Assembly: GCA_017499595.2 (NCBI GenBank)
Contig: CM038998.1
Span: forward strand, 1,984,001 to 2,048,000
Source of the DNA: Psilocybe cubensis
Lineage: Eukaryota
Reading direction: 5' to 3'
Length of the DNA stretch: 64,000 bases
Position numbers and translations under genes: made by a program. Positions 21,410 to 33,261 of the stretch are shown here, piece by piece. The notes beneath the pieces are model-generated. The model did no database searches, was not told where the DNA came from, and saw only the letters and a list, made by a program, of their open reading frames with translations. Numbering within the stretch: position 1 is the stretch's first letter; each line of letters opens with the position of its first letter.

Positions 21410-24400
21410 TTATGAACGAGGCGACCGCGTTCGCTCTGTTACCACTGGTTGTTTGTCCTCAAATTCGCTAAGCGGTCGCCGATGATTGCTCATGGAACTT
21501 GCAAGTTGCCGTTGCCAGTCGTCCAATTCGCTGGATAGGTTCTCAAAAGCAAGAGCATTCTCTGAACTCGATGTGCTAATGCGGCCGGACATTGGTCGGC
21601 GTCCGTATGAAGGTTGTTCCACCTCGAGTAAAAGGCCAATTTTATGTGATAGTTGGTCGTTTTCCCGACGAAGTGTCGTGTTTTCAGCATGCAACTTCTC
21701 CATCAATGTTTCGTCTGGACCGCCTCGCGCAATGTTAAGGGATTGCTGTAATCGTTCAATGTCCAGCTGCAATTCTTCCACCTGACTGAATCGGTCATCA
21801 GCCTCTTGCTGTGAAGCCAGGAGGTTATCGCGCATAAGGTCGAGCTCCTTGTCCAGATTCTCGACGCGTAGGCGCAGCTCTTTGTTCTCAGTGGTAAGCC
21901 GTTGTATCTGCCGCTGGGCATCGACAAGGTGCATCCTATCATCGTCCTGAGGAGTATTGCGACCGTTGACGGAACGCACTCGTTGATCAATGGGCTTTCC
22001 TTTAGAAGCTTCAAGATCCGCCTGCAAAGCGGTGTTCGCCTTTTTCTGTTTATTGAGCTCTTCACGCATGCGCAACATCATTTTTTCAGTACCCCTTTGA
22101 CAAAGCATTAATTACTTATTTTACCGAGTATAACAAAAAAGAGGACTTACTTTACATAATGTACAGCGATCTGATAGTCAGCTTCCATTTGCTGGATTTG
22201 ATTTTGATATTTCTGCCTCTCCTGCTCGAGTTTCTCTTCCAGCTCTTGGGCGCGGGAATCGCCTTCACCGGATGACGGACTCCGAGTAGATCTGACATTG
22301 TCAAGCTGTGTGGACAATTCTGAGACTTGTACTTCCATATCCCGTTTCTTGCGAAGTGCTTGAGCCAATTCGCGTTCAGAATCTTCATGTAGACGAGTAC
22401 GCTCAGCAAGTTTATTCTCGAGATCTGATATAATTTCAGGAGATTTAGTGCCATTGAGTCGTGAGGACGGTCTAAGTTCATCCTCATCGACACCAATCCC
22501 ATTCTCAGCGAGATAATTTCTCAGCATGGCCAACTTGGCATTTGAATCAGAGAGGTCTTTGGCTTTATCACGGAGTCGATTCTCAAGGGTTGCAAGTTCG
22601 TTGCGGAGGCGTGCGGTGTCAGAAAACGCAGTTGACAATTGGCCACGTAGAGCAGCAATTTGATTTTGAAGGGTGGCTTGCTCGGTCTCGTGTTCGTGGT
22701 TGCGTTTGCGCTCCTCTGTCAGCTTGTTCGCGTTATCGTCAGCGCGCGCGGAGACTTCGCGCAACATCAACCTGAGCGATTGAGCCTCGGCTTCGACAGC
22801 CTGGATCTTCTCCGAGTGCCCTCGCAGAAGACGATCCTCGTCGGCCTTGAGATCACGATGCGAATCAAGAAGCTCTCCAAGGCTTGTCGTTGTGAGCGCC
22901 CGGAAAGCGTCTGCTTCTTCGCGAGATTTGGCCCAAGAGTTCTCAGCGTCCGTAAGGCGGGCACGTGCAGCATCCGCCTCTGCCGTCCTCGTCTCGAGTT
23001 CGCCGCGCAGTTCAGCAACGTCCGATTCCAATGCCTTGATCTGCTCCTGCGCGCGTTGATACTGCATGTCGATTTCCATTGCACGTGCTGAAGATGCCTG
23101 AAGTGCGACCCGCGCCTGATCCAAAGCCCGTATATGTTGTTCTCTCGATTGCGAAAGCTCCTCAACCTGGCTGCGAAGACTGACCTCATCTGCCTCCCGC
23201 TGCTCAAGAAGCGAACTCTGAGACACAAGCCGATCCTGATGATCCCGGAACTTCGACTGCAACGTTTCGTGGATCTCCAGAAGTTCGTTATACCTCTCCG
23301 CAGCATGCGTATGCGCTTCATCCAGCTTCTCTGCACGTTTGATGGCTTCGGCAGCCCTGGAGTCTGCCTGCTCACATAGCATCGTCTGCAGCGCTAGCGA
23401 ATCGTTCAATTCGTTTAGCTTACGATCCTGAGCCCATCTCTCGTTCATAAGAGCAGACATATGACTCTCGAGTTCCGTGATGCGAACGCGCTCCATGCGC
23501 TGGACTTCAGTATCACTATTTGATTCCATCGCAGCAACTTTGGCTCGATAGTATGCGGCTTCTTGTGTTGCGCTTGCTTTGACCCTTTCCGCCTCAGCGA
23601 TACGCTCTGACGCCTGTTTTGCTTGATCCGACATGGCAGTCTAAAAGAAAATTAGTTGAAAAAGCAAGGGGATGAACGAAATTGACCGAAGAAAAATACC
23701 TGAACATGCGCTTTGAATTGCTTGAACTTGAGCACCAATTCCGCGTATTTGCTATCATGTCCATCCTCCGAAACATTGCTCGTGGTCGAAATCTCAGGCG
23801 ACCCTTCTCGGTCCGTCTGCACAAACCCTGCCCGTGTAGCCTTTGCCAGCGCTTCCTTCATCCATGCCATCTGCCGCTTTATGCTGTCCAATTCGAGATC
23901 TCTCGCCTTCAAATCCCTAATGAGATCCGCCGTGACATTACCGACCGAGCCATTACCCGTCCGTGATGCTGGTCGCGCAAAGTTGTTCAGCGTCGGCGAC
24001 GAGTTATTCGGCCCACTCTGATATCCCCCCTCTGCGCCCGACGGCCGTGACCTGTCGACAACCGGTGACGCACGCCCCGTGAGCGGAGACGAACGGCCCG
24101 TTACAGCAGGCGACGACCTGCCGTTAATGCCCATCGATACCGCCATCATATTAGGTGCCTGAGTGCCGTTCATCGAGGGCGACACCGCTCGGTTGGTGTT
24201 CATCTGCGCTGGGCTCTTGGCGCGCGTCTGTGTCTGCGATGACTTCTGGTACGACTCGTTGCTGACCATGTCGAACCCGTCATCTGTGCCATTTTGGTCT
24301 TCGTCTTCGCGTTTGGGGCGGACAGGGGGTTTCGATTTACCGTTGACCGCCGCTGCGTTGGACATCGATTGCTGCTGCTGCTGCATCACACCATTTTGTT

Positions 24401-26366
24401 GCACTGGTCGCCCTGAAGGTGAAATTGCTCTCTCAGGGGCGACACTAGGCGACATTGAGCGTCCATTGACGTTGGCCGTCTGTTGTGCAATTTGATTCTG
24501 GGCCTGATTGGTGATTGACGGTTTCCGCGAAGAAAATTGGGCCGCAGCAGCAGCGCTCATTGGAGGAGGTTTGGAGTCGTCCTCGGGATACTTGATATTT
24601 TCTGTATAGAAACATCAACAAATTAATCCAGTGGCAAAAATAACCGAACCACGCAACTTGTTTCCAAAGTATGTGTGATGCTTGGATCATCCGATTTCGA
24701 AGGTGAAAACGACTCTCCTCCAAGAACGTATACCTTGGTGCCAATAGACGCCATGGCATGTCCAGATCGTCCACTAGGTGACGGGCCCATGTTCTGGAAC
24801 ATGTACCACCGCTGATCTAATGAAAAGAAGTTGTTAGCTCCGTAGAATCCAACACACAATATGTACTCACTTGAAATTTTGAAGGCAGCCAAATCGCCCA
24901 AGTCTTTGCCATCAATACCCCTCCCACCAAAAACGTAAATAACGTTGCCCACAATAGCAGCAGCATGACCTTCCCGGGCAGAAGGAATGAACCCTATACA
25001 GTTCAATTCCGTCCACTTCCTGGTTTGCAGATTGAATGACCAAGTATCGTTATAATGATACTTGCCATCCGTCCCACCGAATCTGTCAAATAAAGCATTA
25101 AGGAATAATTAGATTCGCGCCAAAGGAGTACGAATAGAAGAGAAGAACTGTACACAATGATGGTATCTTCGTGCGTTATACACACGTGACCGGTCCTTGG
25201 GGCAGGTCGCTCAGGGCTTGAAGGCTCCAACTGTTCCCAAGCGGACCTCGTTTTAACTTGCAGGCCCGGTTAATACTTTTATATCAAGCAGTTAGAAAAA
25301 GTATGTGGTAGACATACGAGAGTTGAGGTCGAATGCCCATAGATCATTCAGAAACTCCTCGTCCTTCTGGCCACCAAATACAAAGAACTTTGTGCCGACC
25401 ATGGTCACGGCATGACCGTACCTTCCGACAGGTGCGGGGCCAGAGACCTCGAGCTGATTCCAATCCCGTGAAACTGAAAGCAAAATAAGTTCAGGACCAT
25501 CAACACCAGGCAAGACGCACTGAGATTAAGAAGATACAGCCCGTTATCTTGCTTATCCAACGGCTTCATATTAGGGTCTGTATTTGTATCACCGCCCCAC
25601 ACGATGAGCACGTTCCCGACCAAGGCACACGCATGGCCCATTCGTGGACTGGGAATCTGGCCTGTGGTCTGAAAGAGGTTGGCAGAGTTGTCGCGGGTGT
25701 TGAATACGTAGACGTCGTTCCGCGCTGACTCGCGGACGAGGCCTCCGAAAAGATAGAGTTCGCCGGATGGGGATGCAGTGGCGGGTAGGGCATGGCCATA
25801 TCGCGGGAATGGGGAGGGTGATGGGGAGGAGGGGGGTGCAATGCCAGGTTTATTTATGAGGTTTGGAGGGAGGAGAATGAGTCGCCGGGCAGCCCAAGGA
25901 AATGATGGTGGCTGACGAGGACCTTGGGAGTTGGGCTGCGACGGTGGCTGCTGCTGTGCTTGGAAAGAACCAGAGGATTGAAGGTTAGCACCACCAGGAC
26001 TAGTGTTCCTACTTTGATTTCGTAGCTGCTGCTGTTGGGCCTGTTGTTGTTGTTGCTGCTGTTGCTGCTGCTGCTGTTGATTTATGGGGGCGACACCATT
26101 ATTGCCAGCTCTGTATGTTATTTAGTCAGTTCATATAGAATATGAAAGAGCGGAGAATAAAGTATGATTTGGTATGTGTGTCAGTAAGAAACTCACGATG
26201 CCAGAGCGCTGTCGCCACGCAAACTGCCCGACTGCTGTTGAGTGGGGGGAGGATCCCTATTGGTAGCAGACATCTGAGCCAGCGCCTGGCTTGGAGTGGT
26301 AGCGACAGTGACATTTGCAGGAGCTTGGGGTGCAGCCTGGGTCTTCTTCCTCGAGAAGAAGGACAT
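21410..26366 (-). CDS. tea1: Kelch-repeat cell-polarity protein with a long C-terminal coiled coil (Tea1/Kel1 family)
   Basis: ATG 26366 [41 protein letters not shown] and PSGRSGHAM kelch repeats; coiled coil at 21410-23900. Confidence 0.88.
26020..26080 (-). repeat. CAG/CAA poly-glutamine coding repeat within tea1
   Basis: (tgt)n/(tgc)n tract on the + strand. Confidence 0.8.
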
Positions 26367-26413
26367 CCTCCTTGTTCTGGCTAGGAAGGACGGTATGGCT
26401 GGACTGGATGGAG

Positions 26414-26487
26414 GAGAGCGTCGGGGGGAAGAGAAAGAGAAGAGCGTCGGGGGGAAGAGAAAAAAGGATGGAGAAGAGCGTCGGGGG
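26414..26487. repeat. Three direct repeats of AGAGCGTCGGGGG just upstream of the tea1 ATG
   Basis: Copies at about 26415, 26441 and 26475, separated by purine-rich spacers. Confidence 0.8.
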
Positions 26488-27318
26488 CCAAGTGAGGACC
26501 GTATTCGATGCTGAGCAGCGCGCTGACGGGATCATTTGCCTCTGTTTGCCTTGACCATCTCTCAATTTCCATCCTCCACCCGACTTTATCCCACCATCAA
26601 CTCTGATCGTCACAACACAATTTCCCTCGCAACCGCTCAAATATATAGATTCTACTACAATCTACTACTCAACCTCCTCTTTCACTTTTTCACCTCCACT
26701 GCCTCCCGTTGCTCCGTTCCAAGTGATCATCCATCCGTCGTCCTCTGTCTGGTGGTCCTTCTTCCGATGCATCATAAGCGCTTTCTGTGACGGTAGCAGA
26801 CGGTAGCACTCTGACAAGGCAGCCACTTTAGCATGGGAACCCACTCCTCCAGTCCACCCACTTACCATCAAGTGCACATATGAAGATGGGCGTGCTGTCA
26901 AATGCAGAGCATTAAGCTGATCTATTGTCGAGCACAAAAAGGTCTGGACACAAACGCTTCTGGGTTGGTAGCCCTCCCGAGTTGCTGCTTTATTTCATCA
27001 ACGGTACTTGTAGCTTTTATATCAATCAATATGATGTGCCTTTGAAATTTAGTTTGTGCAACTTACTGTCTTGTATTGCTGGTTTGGACGGAAGTATGGA
27101 CGGAAGGGACATCATGGCCAAAAAGAAAGACGCTATTTCCCAATACAGTGACATGTCCCCTATCATATAAATAAACAATCTACTCTACACATGCAGTGTC
27201 TCTATAGGCTACAAACTAATGAACGAGTACAAAATGAACGACTTGAGTACATAGATATATATATAAGATAAAAAATAAAATAACAATGTTCCGAGGTGAT
27301 AACATTTGCTTGATAGAT

Positions 27319-28844
27319 TTATGCATGAGAGGGTATTGCACAACGGTCTGGGTATTTCAAAAGATCTAGACAAAAGGTCAGATACACTGGCAATAGTGAA
27401 TGGACAAAAGCGTACCAGTATCGAGAATATGTATAGGACTTGAATCATCTAGAAAGGGCTTAGTAAAGGAATCACCACCGAAAAGAAAGATGTTGGATTT
27501 GATAGTAGCCATAGCATGACCTGATCGGGCACTGGGTGCCAGACCAGTATTTTGGAACATGAACCAGCGTCGAGCTGTTGCAAAAGACGAGTAAGTGGGT
27601 GCCTAGGAAATAGAGCGGTAGTATCTTACTCGAGATGTTGAGTGCCACCAGGTCACCAAGGTCCCTGCCGTCCAAGCCCCGACCACCAAAAATGTACATT
27701 ATGTGGTCGACAATGGCGGCAGCGTGGCCTTCTCGCGGAGCGGGAATATATCCAGTGCAGGACAGTTCCGTCCAAATTCTGGTTTGTAGATTAAATGACC
27801 AAATGTCATTGTAGTAATACATGCCGTCTGTTCCACCGAAACTGAGCAAACGTAAGAAGTGGAATGAGGTAGGGGGAAAAAAGAGCAACGTACATGATAA
27901 TTTGATTATCACCGTAAGCGACACACGAATGGGAGGTCCTTGGGGCAGGTCTCGCTGGAGTGGCGGGTTCAAATTTCCAGTCCCAGACAGGTTTTGATTT
28001 TACTAAAAGGACTCGAGGTTAAAGCGGGGGACAGATATACACGCCGATGTATGACATACTCGTCTGCAACTCAAAGGCCCAGATATCATTGAAGAATTCC
28101 GAGTTGGACTGACCGCCAAACAAGATGATTTTCGTGCCCAAGAGGGCCATGGTATGACCATAGCGACCGATGGGAGCAGGACCCGAGACTTTGATCAAGG
28201 ACCATTCGTGAGTTACTGGAGAAAGAGTTAGTGAAAGGAGGGGAAAAGTTGCATAAAGAAGAGGGCGCACGTAAATTGAAGAGATATAGACCATTGTCGT
28301 ACTGGTGAGAAGGAAGCTGATAAATATTTGTATCGCCACCCCAGACGGCGAGAGCATGGTTGCGGAGAACACAGGCATGACCGACGCGAGGACTGGGAAT
28401 GTCGCCCTTGGCTTGAATGAGAGTGGAAGAGTTGTCAGAGATGGAAATTCTGTAAAGATCGTTCTGCTCCTTGTCGGCGACAAGGCCACCAAATAAATAG
28501 ATGTCTTCGCTTGGAGTAGCATTCTGGGGAGAGGCAAAGCCATAGCGAGGAAAGGGAGAAAAGGGAGGGAGGGGGAGATGGGGGACATCCTGATCGGATG
28601 ATGCTGGAGGAAAGAGGGGAGGACGAAGCTGGAGATAGGTGGTTGACCAGGGATACCTGGGGGTGGGCGGGGGATGATTGGAGGGCGGGGACGGGGGCGG
28701 GGACTGTGGCGGGGACTGTGGCGGGGGCGGGGGCGGTGGCGGGGGTGGCGGGGGCGGCGGGGGTGGGGGCGGGTGAAAGCGGGTAAAGTCAGTGGTGCTG
28801 CTGGGAGCGAAAAGGGATTTAATCTTCTTCCAGAGACTCTTCAT
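27319..28844 (-). CDS. Kelch-only paralog of tea1 (tandem duplicate lacking the coiled coil)
   Basis: MKSLWKKIKSLF, poly-Pro, then SPFPRYG, PSPRVGHA, PIGRYGH, PAPREGHAA and PSARSGHAM; ends DLLKYPDRCAIPSHA* at 27319. Confidence 0.82.
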
Positions 28845-28926
28845 GTGGTGTGAAGGAGAGGGACATGGTGACAGCCAACTGGGGAGCAGCAAGAACAAGT
28901 TGCAACAACAACACAGCCCATTCCAG

Positions 28927-28938
28927 TGTGACGTCACA
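28927..28938. promoter_or_regulatory. Palindromic CRE/ATF-type bZIP site (TGTGACGTCACA) in a 104-bp divergent intergenic region
   Basis: Perfect 12-bp palindrome with a TGACGTCA core, between ATG 28844 (-) and ATG 28949 (+). Confidence 0.45.
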
Positions 28939-28948
28939 ACTGAGCGAC

Positions 28949-30771
28949 ATGCTCAACTCTCTCTTCCCCGCCAACTCCCGTCCCCGAACCAGCTCGCCCC
29001 AGCAGCACCAGTCTGCGCATTCCATGGCTCGCCCCGTTCTCAAGTGGGTGAACCAGCGCACCCTCGGCGAGGCCATCAACACCCCGCTGCCGACGCCGCC
29101 CGCCCCCGCTCGTCTTCCGCCCCCGCCGTCCTTCCGGCCCTCCCATCTCGCCATCCACCCGCCGCCGTTCTGCGACAATCTGACCCGAGCCACTCTCCCG
29201 ACCGCCTCCCTCTCCCCGCCTCTCCCCGTCGAGAACCAGTCCACCCATCTCTCACTCGACCCGGTTCGCCCTCCTCCCATCCTCCGACTCCAATCCAAAC
29301 CAACCCGCTCCTCGCTCGACTCGTTGCGCTCCGTATCCCGCCCCTCCTCCACATACGCCCCCGCAGAGTCCACCTCCGCCCTCTCCTCCAAATGGTGGTT
29401 CCAGTCAGACGCCCTCAATCCGCCCCTCCAGAAAGACAAGCCCGACGATAAAAAGACTTGTCAGTGCCTTCTCTCTATTCTCTCTCTCTCTCACACACAT
29501 GCTCACCCTTGTGCAGTCTTGTCTCCCCGTAATCCAGTCGTCTTCTGTCATGGCTTACTCGGCTTCGACTCGGTCACCATCGGCCCCGCAATCGCTCCCT
29601 TTGAAGTCACCCATTGGCGCGGCATCAAGGAGGTCCTCGAGGAGAATGGCACAGAGGTGCTCATCACCCGCGTTCCAGCCACCAGTAGTCCTGTCGACAG
29701 GGCAAAGGTCCTCGAGCAAAAAATTTCTTCCGTATACCCCGGGCGAAGTGTTCATCTCATCGGCATGTTCATCTCTCTCTCTCTTCCATCTTCATCCTGT
29801 TGACATCCACCCAGGTCATAGCATGGTATGCTCCCTTTATTCTTTTTGTCTCTCGCCTTACCCTTCACTTTCAGGGCGGCTTGGACTGCAGATACCTAAC
29901 CACACATCTTACTAAACGCAAATTTCAAGTCTTGTCTATAACCACTATAGCCACTCCCCACCGCGGTTCTGCCTTTGCAGACCACTTCCTTTCTACCGTC
30001 GGTCGTGCCCGCATGCCCTCCGTGCTCTCTCTCCTTGACCTCCTGCCAAACGGTGGTGGAGATGGCAAGGCTTTCGAGTGTCTAACTATTGACAGTATGC
30101 GCAAGTTCAACCAAGATACCCCAGACGTACCCGGTGTCAGATATTTCAGCTGGGGCGCCGTATACGATCCCGGTTTAATTGATACATGGAAGTGAGCTCT
30201 TCTCATCTCTTTTACACAGCAGGTCATTCATCCTCTCCCAGATGGCCACACTCTGTAATATTAGAAAAAGAAGGCCCAAATGACGGTCTAGTGTCTGTAG
30301 AATCCTCCAAATGGGCAAGTTCCGCTCCTTCTCAACAATTCACCATCACATGCCAATCAACCTCTTCTTTAGGGTACCTATCTCGGCACCCTCTCCCAAG
30401 TCAATCACCTCGACCTCGTAGGATGGATAAACACAGCAAGATACAAGTGGGCAGAGATGATGGGTAAGGAAATCAAGTTCCGGCCAGCTACATTCTATCT
30501 CGGTATTGTCGACATGCTTGCCCGTGAGGTGGAAGGCCAAGGGTCCGACTCTGATCCTTCCAAAGCAGGCGCAGGCGTCGATCTCGAGGAAGAACCCACT
30601 TCCCGGAGCAGCGGCGCCAGTATAGAGTACCAACAGCGCACTCAAATGCTCGATAGTCTTGATACCGCCGGCGCCGACGTACACGATGCTCGTGCAAGTA
30701 CCGATTCGAGATCGTCTACTCCCAGCTTGCGAAAACGGACGACGGGGAAAACAAAATCTCAGCCGCCATGA
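28949..30771 (+). CDS. Triacylglycerol lipase, Tgl2-like alpha/beta-hydrolase
   Basis: PVVFCHGLLGFD, spliced HLIGHSMGGLDCR, TIATPHRGS, NDGLVSV and NHLDLVGW. Confidence 0.88.
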
Positions 30772-30929
30772 ACACGCTAGACTATTAAATCGCTCTCATT
30801 TAGATACTATCCTAATCCCCCGTATATCTTTACTGAATTAAGTAATATTGTATATAGTGTAGTGTGTTGTAATCCAAGGAAAAGCCCTTGTGGTGTAAAC
30901 CACCTAAACAAAATGGTGTGAGCATATAG

Positions 30930-32914
30930 TTACAGTGGGTAATTAGATTCAGGCTTTCGCTTCCGGAACAAAATCTTGGCGTCAGGATCAGGTAAGTAGT
31001 TGGTGCCAGCAATGAAATCTCTAGGTCGTGTGCCGTTCTCAAATCTCACGTCGTAATGCAAAACCACATACGCAAGCATCATCTTCAACGTAACCGCAAC
31101 AAAGAACCTCCCCGGACACGCGTGCCGCCCGTATCCCCACACCAAATAGTCTGTTGTGGTCGTGACCAACTGGAAAGGCAACCCACTCCCGGAACAGTCG
31201 TCCCCGTACCGTTGCTCGTGAAGCTTGGAAAACCTTAAACCATCGAACGTGTCCGGGGTGTTGTAGATAGCGGGATCCATGTGGCGCGCCCGAGACGCTG
31301 CAGCAATAATTGTACCTGTTGGTAGCTGCGTCCCATCTGGAAGTGTAAAAGGTGACAGTATCTTTCTCGTCATAGACACTAACGCGCAAGATCAGTTTTG
31401 TGCTGGGTAGACGATAAAGACACCACAGACCAGATGATATATTGCTCATTCTCATCGACTCTTTGACAAAGCTATCCACCTTGAGCATGCGATCAAGGGA
31501 ATGTTTGTTCCATCCTTCGCGAGCGACGATCTGCTCCACCTCTTTCCGCAACGGTGCTGCAAATTTCGGATTGGCAGCCAAATGATACAGCACATGCCCA
31601 AACGTCTGTTTAATTAATGCCCAGTTAGTTTGCGTCGGTCTACAGAGATATACAGTTGACAATACCATCGTTATTGTTTGGCTAGCTGTAATACTCAAGT
31701 TGAGAAACTGGCATGCAATATCTTCAACAGACATCTGATTTGATGCATCGGAGAGCGTCCAGGATAATGCATCTTGTAATCGTTCCTCATTCACCTCCTG
31801 GTTTGAGTGTTGAAACGCTTCCTTCTTTTGGCGTATGGACGATATAATCATCGACCGCAGGCGCCGTCGTCTTCGGTTTGTGATGCTCATCGCTCGTGCG
31901 AAGCTACAAGGAACGTCTGGAAAACATATGAAAGCAACAGAAGAATAACACTGACCGTGACATGAAACGGGGCAGGATCGGCAATATAGTGTTTAGATAA
32001 TATCCGTAAACCTCTCGAGCTTGGTCCATACTGATCTGCTCATACTGCTCGTCGCGTGCTAATAAATATCAGACTAGTGTGTGATGTTATCAAGAAGAAG
32101 CCGTACTTAAAGAAAGTCCAAGCATGGTGCGGTTGACCACCTTGGTGGTGATTCTCGCAACTAGCGGTATTGCATCAAGCTCTTGCCATTCTACACACAT
32201 TTAGCTTCCTCTGACTGCACCTTGAAAATTCACTTTGCGTACCCATTGATACCTCCGACTTCGTGGCAGGTATTGCAGAGTTCAGCACTAATGCAACCTC
32301 CTCTTTAATAGACGGTATCAGGAAAGCGAGGTTCTGCGTCATGCTCCTGGTTATTTCTCCAATTATCTGGGGAGCTACTGCTTGGGCGTGTCCACTCAGA
32401 TATAACGACGCGTCTGGCTAATAACCTGTTAGAGATATCCGGAACCCATAGGCGTCTCCGCACCTCAGTAGAGGCATCAATGAAAGAGCTATGTTCGTCC
32501 GAAGACTTTCGTAGCTCTTCCAGAGCTCTAGTCCCAGTTATGACGACTAGCCACCGTGTCCATGTTGCAACTTTAAACGCCGTCGTTCGGTACTGAAAAT
32601 GTCCATGTCATATTTATCCCCATTTTTGACAAATGAAAGGGTCAAACGCACCTGATCGTATCCTTTTCTCAGACGATCAGGACATGTTTTAATAAAGCGA
32701 AGCGCATCCACGTAAGATAGTAGGTATGCTCTGAAGCCTAAAGTTGGAATATGCCTCAACTGTCCGAAAAGTTCAACATACAATACAAGGGCTCGAATAA
32801 ACAGAAGAAACATACATTGGGATCGGTTCTTTCGCTTTTCAAAAGGACATAGAACGTCAAGCCTCCAAACAGGATAAAGAATATGGCACTTGAATGACCT
32901 CCCTCGACATCCAT
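30930..32914 (-). CDS. Cytochrome P450, CYP512-like (often terpenoid-modifying)
   Basis: N-terminal TM anchor, K-helix KESMR, FDGLRF and heme motif WGYGRHACPGRFF; manual splicing gives an open frame. Confidence 0.85.
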
Positions 32915-32950
32915 AGCAAAGCAGTGCAAAGAGCATGAATGAAGAGCATG

Positions 32951-32967
32951 ATATATATATATATATA
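32951..32967. repeat. (AT)n microsatellite / TATA-like tract upstream of the P450
   Basis: atatatatatatatata. Confidence 0.7.
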
Positions 32968-33261
32968 TTGCAGACAATAGCACCGAGATAAGATAAGATG
33001 TCAGGGGCTGCGAAAGTGGTAAAGGCCGTGGGCACCTTGTAGCTGGATTGAGGGCAGATATTGACGTTTCCCTGTGATTACCCGCGTGAAATATACTCCA
33101 CAGAGACACACAATACTGGTAGAATGAGTGGTCGATATTTCTCAGACCCAAGCCTGCTTCTCCGAATTCTTTGCAGCCACACGTGACGGACATTCTAGAT
33201 CCTACTTAAAGCACAATCGCCTTCGTTCTCGCAGCTCCGACAATAGCGTCTAACTTATCCC

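Noticed and set aside
28792..29451. Several overlapping long ORFs on both strands
   Set aside because: Expected in a GC-rich stretch; only the frame leading into the lipase domain has support.
30930..32914. P450 as a possible pseudogene
   Set aside because: Apparent in-frame stops disappear when nearby AG acceptors (about 32418 and 32059) are used.
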